Of a stretch of 32,000 nt of DNA, positions 8,525 to 15,749 are shown one piece after another; position 1 is the first letter of the stretch; each line of letters opens with the position of its first letter. The stretch spans positions 450,001-482,000 of the forward strand of contig JAJRVL010000004.1 in assembly GCA_024277355.1 (NCBI GenBank). The letters are read 5' to 3'. Both the position numbers and the translations under genes were made by a program. The notes below the pieces were generated by a model. That model was not told the DNA's origin. It made no database searches and worked only from the letters and a program-made list of their open reading frames with translations. The stretch comes from an archaeon. Its GTDB lineage: Archaea > Iainarchaeota > Iainarchaeia > Iainarchaeales > 1-14-0-10-31-34.

Positions 8525-8619
8525 AACAAAATATTAGTTAAAAAGAATAAAAAAAGGGTCAGAGTAGACTGCCTGTAAAAAAAAGCAAGATTTAAAGACT
8601 TTAAAACAATAAACTTATT

Positions 8620-9120
8620 ATGCCTAAAAGAATCTGGAAAAAACCTGAAACACCTGCTTTTAATAAACGATTAAAAAAAAGCGTTAAAAGAACTGTAAAT
8701 AATTTAATTAAAGCAGGACCTGAAAAAGAAAAAGAAATTGCAAAAAGAATTTTAAGAACAGGCTTAAAAAATTCTGTTTCAGAAAAATATTTATTTGAAA
8801 AAATTAAAAGAATTATGCTTAAAAGAGAAGGAATGAGTAAAGAAATGACTGCAAATTTCTTAAATGAAGTGTCTGCCAGAAATAAAAAAGTTGCAGAACT
8901 AAGAAATGAAATAAACTTGATTCCTATTAAAGAAAAATACCAGGAACTTGTAAAAGAATTAACAAGATATTCTGGTTTAGTTGAAGGAATTAAAGCAAAT
9001 GTTGATATTATTGTTGAACCTGAAAAAAAACAATGGTTTTTGAATTTGCTTAATAAAATGTCAAAAGAAATCTTAGAAGAAAGAAAACAAGCCAAAAAAA
9101 AACTAAAAGAATTTTACTAA
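8620..9120 (+). CDS. Basic K/E-rich hypothetical protein with C-terminal PIP-like tail (..KKKLKEFY)
   Basis: 166 aa with ATG start and composition like the genuine genes of this genome. The competing minus ORF 8601..9095 is F/L/S-rich, lacks G/A, and looks like an antisense shadow. I recognised no family. Confidence 0.55.
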   Translation: MPKRIWKKPETPAFNKRLKKSVKRTVNNLIKAGPEKEKEIAKRILRTGLKNSVSEKYLFEKIKRIMLKREGMSKEMTANFLNEVSARNKKVAELRNEINLIPIKEKYQELVKELTRYSGLVEGIKANVDIIVEPEKKQWFLNLLNKMSKEILEERKQAKKKLKEFY

Positions 9121-9122
9121 AC

Positions 9123-9848
9123 TTACAAAATCATGTGCGCTAAATGAAAGTTTATTTTGCTTTGGCCAATTGAATAAGAAATTTTCATTGGAGCATCGCC
9201 TTTTAATTCTAATTTAATTTTTGATTCAGGCTCTGCTTCTTTAATTATATTTGTAAGAAAATTCAATGAATATTTGCTTACTACTTCTGAATTAGTTTTA
9301 ACTATAACATTTTTTGCTTCTTTTGCAACAGTTTTAAGTGTTCCTGCTGAACCTCTTGCTTCAATAATAAATTGATTATCTTTTGCTTTTAACACAACAG
9401 AACTTCCAAATAAAGCAGCATCCTTTAATGATTCTTTTAAAATTCTTGCATTAATTTCAATTGTTGCATCAAATTTAGTTGAAGGAACATTAATTTCTTG
9501 TTCTGAAACATCAATTAAAGGCAATTTAAAGCTTCTTGATAATTCGCCAGTGAAATGAACTGACATTTCATTGTCAGTTAAATCTAAAGTCATTTTGTCA
9601 TTTTGTAAAATTCTTGACATAATTTTATTTAATTCAACTAAATCTACTCCAACATAAGAAGGTTCAATTGAATACTTATCAAAAGAGCTTTTTGCAATAG
9701 AATAATCAACTAAAACTATCTGAGAAGGATCAATTGCCTTAAAGCTTATTCCTGAATCATTAAAACGAAAATTTCCTTCAGAAATAAAAGTAGATAAAGC
9801 ATTAATTGATTTAGCCCAAAAATCTGCTTTTTTTAATTCAATTGCCAT
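9123..9848 (-). CDS. pcn: PCNA sliding clamp, divergent paralog (PCNA-1)
   Basis: FKAIDPSQIVLVDYSI, VGVDLVELNKIMSR and the two-domain length (241 aa) fit PCNA. The track start at 9851 is a TTG; the ATG is at 9846-9848. The C-terminus is FHLAHMIL instead of the usual ..LAPR(I/V)E. Confidence 0.85.
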   Translation of the reverse strand: MAIELKKADFWAKSINALSTFISEGNFRFNDSGISFKAIDPSQIVLVDYSIAKSSFDKYSIEPSYVGVDLVELNKIMSRILQNDKMTLDLTDNEMSVHFTGELSRSFKLPLIDVSEQEINVPSTKFDATIEINARILKESLKDAALFGSSVVLKAKDNQFIIEARGSAGTLKTVAKEAKNVIVKTNSEVVSKYSLNFLTNIIKEAEPESKIKLELKGDAPMKISYSIGQSKINFHLAHMIL

Positions 9849-9923
9849 CAAAAACCCCCTTTACTGCAAATATTAAGTATAATATACTCATTAATGCTTT
9901 TAAATTATTCTAAAAGGCTAAAT

Positions 9924-10280
9924 TCATTTTGTTTTCCTTTTATCAAATTTTTTAAGCTGTTTGTCTGTTACTTTAGAAAGAGCTTTTTTGCTTAATCCTC
10001 TTCCAGAAGTTCCGTGAATTCCAGGAAATTTTGGTGCTTTTTTTCCTCCTTCACGGTATAACTTCAAATCTTTTCCAAACGAACTAACTTTTTTGTTGCT
10101 TACTTTTTTTAAGGCATTAGGCGAAAATTTTCTTCCAGGAAGTTTAGATTTCCCAAAATTTGGATTTTTAAGTCTTTTTCTTGCAGCTATAAGTCTGTCA
10201 ACTTCTAAACTAAACTCCTTAGCTTTGCGTGCTGAAACTTTTTGCTTAAGAAGACTTCTTCTTGGTTTTTTTAGAGGCAT
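9924..10280 (-). CDS. Highly basic (K/R-rich) 118-aa hypothetical protein
   Basis: ATG start preceded by AGGAAGTGA, co-oriented directly upstream of PCNA-1. The overlapping + ORF 10093..10305 is an antisense shadow. No recognisable family. Confidence 0.55.
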   Translation of the reverse strand: MPLKKPRRSLLKQKVSARKAKEFSLEVDRLIAARKRLKNPNFGKSKLPGRKFSPNALKKVSNKKVSSFGKDLKLYREGGKKAPKFPGIHGTSGRGLSKKALSKVTDKQLKKFDKRKTK

Positions 10281-10376
10281 AAACTCATCACTTCCTGTTT
10301 TTTAATAATATGATTTTGTTTTCTTTTTTTATAAATTTATCTGTCAATAAACTTTTGTACAGCAAAGGTAAAAAAA

Positions 10377-10988
10377 ATGATTAAAACAGTATTATTTGAC
10401 ATTGACGGCGTAATAGTTTACTCAGACAAAGCAAACAGGAAGTTTGTTAATGCAATTTTAAAAGAACAGGGAAAAAAAGAATTAAGTGAAAAAGACTTTC
10501 AGAAAATAAAATTTTTTACTATAAAACAAGTGTTAGAAAAATATTTACCTGAATTCAGCGAAGAAAAAATAAAAAAAATAAGAGAAAAATGGTCTCCGAA
10601 ATATGTTAATTTTGTTAATCACACAGAACTAAATAATGGAATAAAAGAAATTCTTGAATTCTTAAAAGGAAAATTCAGATTAGGAATAATAACAAACAGA
10701 AGTTTAACTACAGTATTAGATTATCATAAAGTCAAAGATTATTTTGAGTTTATTGTAACTTCAGCAGATGTAAAAGAACCAAAACCTTCTCCTGAAGGAA
10801 TAAACAAAATTTTAGAAAAATTTAAGGTTAAACCAGAAGAAGCAATTTTTATTGGAGACACTATTGCAGATTTAACTGCAGGAGAAAAAGCAGGAGTTAA
10901 AACATTAATTTTTAGAACAACCCAAAAAGAAATAGGAAAAAAAATTGAAAGAATAACAGAATTTGAAGAAATAAAAAAATTCCTGTAA
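10377..10988 (+). CDS. HAD-superfamily hydrolase (subfamily IA phosphatase, PGP-like)
   Basis: Motif I LFDIDGVIV, motif II IITNRS, motif III/IV K...GDTIADLTAGEKAG. Confidence 0.85.
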   Translation: MIKTVLFDIDGVIVYSDKANRKFVNAILKEQGKKELSEKDFQKIKFFTIKQVLEKYLPEFSEEKIKKIREKWSPKYVNFVNHTELNNGIKEILEFLKGKFRLGIITNRSLTTVLDYHKVKDYFEFIVTSADVKEPKPSPEGINKILEKFKVKPEEAIFIGDTIADLTAGEKAGVKTLIFRTTQKEIGKKIERITEFEEIKKFL

Positions 10989-11109
10989 AAGAAAAAAAAT
11001 TAAAAAAAAACAATAAAGTTAACAAAAAAATAAATTAAAAAACTAATAAAAAAGAATTAAAAAAAATTAAAGAAATAACACAAAAAAAATTAATTTAAAT
11101 AAAAAAAAT

Positions 11110-11132
11110 AATTCTGAAATTAATTCAGAATT
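11110..11132. terminator. Perfect 9-bp stem hairpin in a convergent intergenic region, followed by a T-run on the minus strand
   Basis: AATTCTGAA-ATTAA-TTCAGAATT. Read on the minus strand it is followed by ATTTTTTTTATTT, about 85 nt downstream of the stop of gene 11218..11538. On the plus strand it is followed only by TTTACTTTC. Confidence 0.35.
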
Positions 11133-11217
11133 TACTTTCAATTGCAGTGTAAGACCACAATCTAATTATTAACGGAATCATAAAAACAAAGAAAATTATT
11201 ACCTGAAATAAAATTCC

Positions 11218-11538
11218 TTAAGTTGGGTTAACAGTTCTTTCAGTTCCATTACTTGTAATTGTTGCTCCAGATAAATCTGAAGCTAAAATAAAAAAACCTA
11301 CTAATAAAGCAATAACTGCAATAACAGAAAAAAACATTGAGTTAACAGCAACCTGCATGTTTCTTCCTCTTAAAGCCCCTGTCTGATAGCTTACTGAACC
11401 AACGCCTTTGTTAGATAAAGCTAAGTTGCCCCAGCATTGTTTATGCAAAGATCTTGGAATAAAACCCCATTGAGGCATTACAATTAAATCATCTTTAGAT
11501 AAAATTTCTTTTTTACAATGTTCACAAAATACCGCCAT
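11218..11538 (-). CDS. Small membrane protein with N-terminal CxxC...HxxC metal-binding-like motif
   Basis: 106 aa: MAVFCEHCKK...LHKQCWGN, then one clear TM helix (FFSVIAVIALLVGFFILA). No family recognised. Confidence 0.55.
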   Translation of the reverse strand: MAVFCEHCKKEILSKDDLIVMPQWGFIPRSLHKQCWGNLALSNKGVGSVSYQTGALRGRNMQVAVNSMFFSVIAVIALLVGFFILASDLSGATITSNGTERTVNPT

Positions 11539-11759
11539 AAAATCACCAAATACAAAAAGGAATAATTATATTTAAATCTTGTGTATTTATTAAAGAGACA
11601 ATGGAATAAAAAAATTTTGTTAAACTATTAAGTCCAAGAGTAAGCTGTTTAATTATTTCAAAAAACAAAGAAGGAAAAGTTAATGCAGCCCCTTATTCTT
11701 TTGTTTTTCCTTTTAGTTTTGAGCCTCCTTTAATTGGAATAGGAGTAGGAAAACATAAA

Positions 11760-12149
11760 ATGACTTATAAAAATATAATGGAAACAAAAGAGTTCACAGT
11801 AAATGTAATTTCAGAAGAATTTGCACAGCAGGCAGTAAATTGCGAGGAAAAAATTGAATTTAATAAAAGATTAAAAAAAAATAATTTAGAAACAGAAGAA
11901 TCAAATAAAGTTAAGGTTCCAAGATTAAAGCAGGGAAAAGCTGTGCTTGAATGTGAATTAAGTGAAGTTTTAAATCTTAAAGAAGCAGATCATGCAATTG
12001 TAGTTGGAAAAGTTGTCGGCGTAAAAGTTAAAGAAAAAAACGGTGCAATAGATTTGGATTCAATGAATTATTTAATGCATGAATCTAAAGGGGTTTTCAG
12101 AAAAATTGGAGAAAAAGTTTTTTTGAATAGAATACAAAAAAAAAAATGA
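11760..12149 (+). CDS. Flavin reductase-like (FMN-binding split-barrel) protein, N-terminally truncated as callable
   Basis: FTVNVISEEFAQQAV and HAIVVGKVVGV are typical of the family. The same frame is open from 11610 and encodes the conserved N-terminal strands (LLSPRVSCLIISKNKEGKVNAAPYSFVFPFSFEPPLIGIGVG). That stretch has no ATG/GTG/TTG and follows ATG-GAA-TAA at 11601-11609. Confidence 0.7.
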   Translation: MTYKNIMETKEFTVNVISEEFAQQAVNCEEKIEFNKRLKKNNLETEESNKVKVPRLKQGKAVLECELSEVLNLKEADHAIVVGKVVGVKVKEKNGAIDLDSMNYLMHESKGVFRKIGEKVFLNRIQKKK

Positions 12150-12177
12150 AAAATAAAAAAATAATTGGAATGATTAA

Positions 12178-12726
12178 ATGAATTTCAAAAAAAATTCTGC
12201 AGTAATTATAATTGATTTATTAGAAGAGTTTGTTAATGGAAACAAAAACGAAATTCTTTTGCCTGAAAACAGAAGTAAAAAACTGATTAAAAATACAGTA
12301 AAGCTTGCAGAAAAGGCAATAAAAAAAAATATTCCTGTAATTCATGTTCATTGTTTTCATAAAGAAAATGATTTAATTTTCAGAGTAACAGGAAAGCATG
12401 CAGTAAAAGGAAAAAAGAAAACTAAAACAATAAAAGAATTAGAAAATTTAATTGACTTTACAGTACATAAAACAACTTATGACGGATTTCATAAAACACG
12501 ACTGGAAAAGTTGTTGAAAAAATTGAAAGTTAAAAATTTGTTTGTTGCAGGAATTCAGTCTGACTGCTGTGTTTTAGCTACTTGTTTTAGTGCATTGTTT
12601 TTAGGGTTTAATGTTTTTATTGTAAAACAATGTGTTGATACAAGAACAAAAAAAAGACAAGGAATAATAATTGAAAGATTAAATAAATTAACAGGAAAAG
12701 TTATTTCTTTAAATAAAATAAACTGA
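12178..12726 (+). CDS. Isochorismatase-family cysteine hydrolase (nicotinamidase-like)
   Basis: AVIIIDLLEEF N-terminal strand, conserved Lys region, and FVAGIQSDCCVLATC with the catalytic Cys context. Confidence 0.75.
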   Translation: MNFKKNSAVIIIDLLEEFVNGNKNEILLPENRSKKLIKNTVKLAEKAIKKNIPVIHVHCFHKENDLIFRVTGKHAVKGKKKTKTIKELENLIDFTVHKTTYDGFHKTRLEKLLKKLKVKNLFVAGIQSDCCVLATCFSALFLGFNVFIVKQCVDTRTKKRQGIIIERLNKLTGKVISLNKIN

Positions 12727-12730
12727 TAAA

Positions 12731-13633
12731 ATGAAAAAAAATAAAGAAAAAAAAATTATTTCATTGCTGAATTTATCAGGAAATGTTTTTTTGTTTTTAA
12801 TTAAAATATTTATTGGAGTTTTAACGGGAAGTTTTGCTTTAATTGCAGATTCATTAAATTCTTTATCAGATGTTTTTTCTTCTTTAATTGCATTAATTTC
12901 AGTTAAATTTTCATGCAAAAAACCTGATAACTGCCATCCGTTTGGCCATGAAAGAATTGAATCAATTACAGGATTAATTATTGGAATAATAGTTGCAGTA
13001 ATTGGAGTTGAATTAATTAAAGAATCTATTATAAAAATAATTTTAGGCAATGAAATAAAATCGGGTTTTCTTGCAGTAATTGTTTTATTAATTACAATAA
13101 TTGTAAAATTAGTTCTTGCTTTTTTTACTAAAAAAAGTTCAGACAAAACAAAAAGCATTGCATTATTTGCAATAGCAGAAGACAGCAAATTAGATGTATT
13201 GATTTCTTTTACTGCATTAATTGGAGTAATTGGGGCAATAAAAGGTTATTTAATTCTTGACCCTTTAATGGCTTTAATTATTGCTTTTTTTGTTATATGG
13301 AATGGAATAAAAATTGGAATAAAAAGTTCAAATCAACTTATAGGAAAAGCACCTTCTGAAAAAATAATTAAAAAAATAAAATTAAAAGCAATAGAAGTTA
13401 AAGGAGTAAAAGGAGTCCACCATATTAAAGCACAATATTTGGGTTCATTAGTTCAGGTTGAAATCCACATAGTAATAAATGAAAATTTATCAATTCAGCA
13501 GGCTCATTCAATAGGTAAAAACGTTCAATACGAAATTGAATCAATGGAAGAAATTGACAGAGTATTTATTCATTTAGATCCATTTAAAGTTAATTATTTT
13601 TGGAATAACACAAAAAATGAACTAAAGAATTAA
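12731..13633 (+). CDS. Cation diffusion facilitator (CDF) family metal efflux transporter
   Basis: LIADSLNSLSDV, HPFGHERIE, six TM helices and a C-terminal cytoplasmic domain (HHIKAQYLGSLVQVEIHI). Confidence 0.9.
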   Translation: MKKNKEKKIISLLNLSGNVFLFLIKIFIGVLTGSFALIADSLNSLSDVFSSLIALISVKFSCKKPDNCHPFGHERIESITGLIIGIIVAVIGVELIKESIIKIILGNEIKSGFLAVIVLLITIIVKLVLAFFTKKSSDKTKSIALFAIAEDSKLDVLISFTALIGVIGAIKGYLILDPLMALIIAFFVIWNGIKIGIKSSNQLIGKAPSEKIIKKIKLKAIEVKGVKGVHHIKAQYLGSLVQVEIHIVINENLSIQQAHSIGKNVQYEIESMEEIDRVFIHLDPFKVNYFWNNTKNELKN

Positions 13634-13683
13634 ATAAAAAAATAAGTATTCCTGCAATTAATCCAAATAGTAAATTTAATGCA

Positions 13684-13872
13684 TTATTCAGTTTTTTTTG
13701 GTTTATTTAATACAATTAAAGACAAAACCCATCCCAAAATAAAAATTAAAGTCATTGGAATAAACTGGTCTCCGTTATAACGATAAGCAAAAAAAACTGT
13801 AAACCATATTGCAGTTAAAGCAGTGGTTCTTTTCCCGTAATTTTTTCTTAAAAAAGGAATATTTAAATCCAT
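13684..13872 (-). CDS. Small two-TM membrane protein, hypothetical
   Basis: 62 aa with ATG start, two hydrophobic segments, and co-oriented with the downstream-facing cluster. No family recognised. Confidence 0.4.
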   Translation of the reverse strand: MDLNIPFLRKNYGKRTTALTAIWFTVFFAYRYNGDQFIPMTLIFILGWVLSLIVLNKPKKTE

Positions 13873-13909
13873 GACTAAAATAAGAACAAAGTACTTAATA
13901 ATTTTAACT

Positions 13910-14899
13910 TTAAATTGCTTTAGGCAGAATCATAATCAAAAATAAAAGATACAATAAGAACAAAACTATTCCTTCTGCTTTTTTTATTTTTAAGTCAGTC
14001 CAAATAAATAGCATAAATACTGCTGAAACAATAATTAAGAAAGGCCCGGAAATAGTTAAAGTAAACAAAGAAACTTTTAAAGGCGCAACCAAAGAAGCAA
14101 AGCCTCCGACAAACAAAATATTAAATATATTGCTGCCAACAACATTTCCAATTAACATATTATGAAATCCTTTTTTTAATGAAATTAAAGCAACAGCTAA
14201 TTCAGGCAAAGAAGTTCCTAAAGCAACTAAAGTTAAACCAATAAAATTATCACTTAAAGAAAAAAGAACTGCAATTTCTTTAGCTGCAACAACCATAAAA
14301 TGTGCTCCAAAAAATAACCCTGCAATAGAAATAACTAAAATAAAACTTTCTCCTATAATGATTTTTTTGAAGTTGTCTTTAAGTAAATGCAGAAAACTTC
14401 TAAAACTAGCTAAATGTTCTATATACAAATTTACTTTTAGTAATTCATGGAACTGAACTTTGAATTTAAACATATACAAAATATAAGCAAAAAGCAAAAA
14501 GATTAACAACAAAGCATCAGAAAAAGAAATTAATAAATCTAAAGCCATAATATAAAAAAGAAGGGTTAATCCAACCATTATATACCCTTCTCTTTCAAAC
14601 AATCTTTTTTCTATTTTAAGAACACGAAATGTTGCAGCAAGACCTAAAATTAAAGCTAAATTAGCTATATTGCTTCCAATAATATTTCCTACTGCAATAC
14701 CTGAATTACCGTAATAAGAAGCAACAATAGAAGAAGCAAATTCAGGAAGCGATGTTCCCATTGCAACAACAGTTAAACCAATAACTAATTCAGATACACC
14801 TAAAATTTTAGCTAACCTTGAAGCAGAAACAACAAATAAATCACTGGATTTAACTAACACAAAAGTTCCTGCAATAAAAAGCAAAAAAAATTCAATCAT
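13910..14899 (-). CDS. Ca2+/Na+ antiporter (CaCA/YrbG family)
   Basis: Two alpha-repeats: GTSLPEFASS + GNIIGSNIAN and GTSLPELAVA + GNVVGSNIFN. The track start at 14902 is a TTG; the ATG is at 14897-14899. Confidence 0.9.
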   Translation of the reverse strand: MIEFFLLFIAGTFVLVKSSDLFVVSASRLAKILGVSELVIGLTVVAMGTSLPEFASSIVASYYGNSGIAVGNIIGSNIANLALILGLAATFRVLKIEKRLFEREGYIMVGLTLLFYIMALDLLISFSDALLLIFLLFAYILYMFKFKVQFHELLKVNLYIEHLASFRSFLHLLKDNFKKIIIGESFILVISIAGLFFGAHFMVVAAKEIAVLFSLSDNFIGLTLVALGTSLPELAVALISLKKGFHNMLIGNVVGSNIFNILFVGGFASLVAPLKVSLFTLTISGPFLIIVSAVFMLFIWTDLKIKKAEGIVLFLLYLLFLIMILPKAI

Positions 14900-14937
14900 C
14901 AATTAAAATAACGTTTCTCTAATTAAAATGTTTTTGG

Positions 14938-15684
14938 TTAACTTGATTCAATTCTTGGAGCCAAAAAATATTCTAATTCTGCGTTTCCAATTGAATAAAT
15001 TATTTTTATTGGCGCATTGCTTTTCATTTGAAGTTCAATTAAAGTATTTGAATCAGCTGACTTAAGCATATCCTGTAAATAGTTCAAAGGAAACATTGCA
15101 TAACATTCTTTTTTTGCATTTAATTCCTTTAAGTTTTCATCTTCTTTTGTTATTTCATTAATTGATTCGCCTTTAGATGAATTAGCTTTAATAAAAAAGT
15201 TTTTTGATGTAACTCCTAAAGTTACATGAGTACTGACAAGCAAAGCATCTTTTAATCCGTCTTTAATTAATCCTGCGTTTGCTTTAACTACTGCATCTGA
15301 TTCAAGTTTAGGAGAAGGCAATTCAGTTGAACTAATGTCTAATAATTGAATAAAAAAGTTTCTTGTAGAAGAACCTTTTAACTGAACTTTTAGTCTTGAT
15401 TCTTTTTCATTTAATTCTAAAATTAATTTTTCTCCTTGTTTGCTTCTGCTCATAATCTGGCTTAAATAATCTAAATCTAATCCTATTTTTGTTTCTTTTT
15501 CAAGTTCATATTCAGAAAAAGCTGTTTTAGGCAGTTTAAAGTCAATCATTGAAATCTGACTTGGATCAGTTGCCTTTAATTTTAATCCTTCTTCTGAAAT
15601 AGTAAATTCTGCTTCATCAATTAAAACAGAAATTGCATCAATTGCTTTTTTGAATTCAACTGCATTATCTAAAACTAATTTCAT
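14938..15684 (-). CDS. pcn: PCNA sliding clamp, canonical-looking paralog (PCNA-2)
   Basis: LKLKATDPSQISMIDFKL, IGLDLDYLSQIMSR and the canonical C-terminus EYFLAPRIESS; 248 aa. Confidence 0.9.
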   Translation of the reverse strand: MKLVLDNAVEFKKAIDAISVLIDEAEFTISEEGLKLKATDPSQISMIDFKLPKTAFSEYELEKETKIGLDLDYLSQIMSRSKQGEKLILELNEKESRLKVQLKGSSTRNFFIQLLDISSTELPSPKLESDAVVKANAGLIKDGLKDALLVSTHVTLGVTSKNFFIKANSSKGESINEITKEDENLKELNAKKECYAMFPLNYLQDMLKSADSNTLIELQMKSNAPIKIIYSIGNAELEYFLAPRIESS

Positions 15685-15749
15685 TTTTACACCTTTTTTT
15701 CCTTTCTAAAAACAATAGTAAAGGAATTAATTTAAGCATTATCTTTAGT

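Noticed and set aside
8601-9095. A 164-aa minus-strand ORF that looks superficially like a multi-TM membrane protein, competing with the + ORF 8620..9120.
   Set aside because: It is rich in S/F/L and poor in G/A/V, unlike the genuine membrane proteins of this window (CDF, CaCA, SpoIIM-like). The + frame has the normal proteome composition and an ATG with a TATA-like box upstream. This was the closest call, so the + gene gets only moderate confidence.
10286-10292. A C-box-like GTGATGA (minus strand) just upstream of the basic-protein ATG, considered as a possible C/D box sRNA.
   Set aside because: I saw no matching D box (CTGA) at the proper distance and no C'/D' pair or terminal stem. The motif overlaps an SD-like AGGAAGTGA and is better explained as part of the 5' leader.
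10989-11110. The AT-rich A-tract spacer considered as a replication origin, given the many replication genes in the window.
   Set aside because: I found no repeated ORB or mini-ORB-like elements (no paired TTCCA../GTGGAAA-type boxes) flanking it. There is no orc1/cdc6 gene in the window. The whole genome is AT-rich, so AT content is not diagnostic.
11125-11181. An 18-codon minus-strand mini-ORF (MIPLIIRLWSYTAIESKF) in the long convergent spacer.
   Set aside because: It is too short, has no SD, and ends inside the hairpin. Nothing distinguishes it from chance.
13634-13699. A possible frameshift extension of the 62-aa membrane protein. Removing one T from the 8-T run at 13692-13699 would continue the frame into ..KKLNNALNLLFGLIAGILIFLFNSLVHFLCYSKNN, a third TM helix.
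   Set aside because: It needs an assumed homopolymer error. The extension would overlap the convergent CDF gene's 3' end by about 45 nt. T-rich DNA easily yields hydrophobic strings by chance. It is only worth checking if read data are available.
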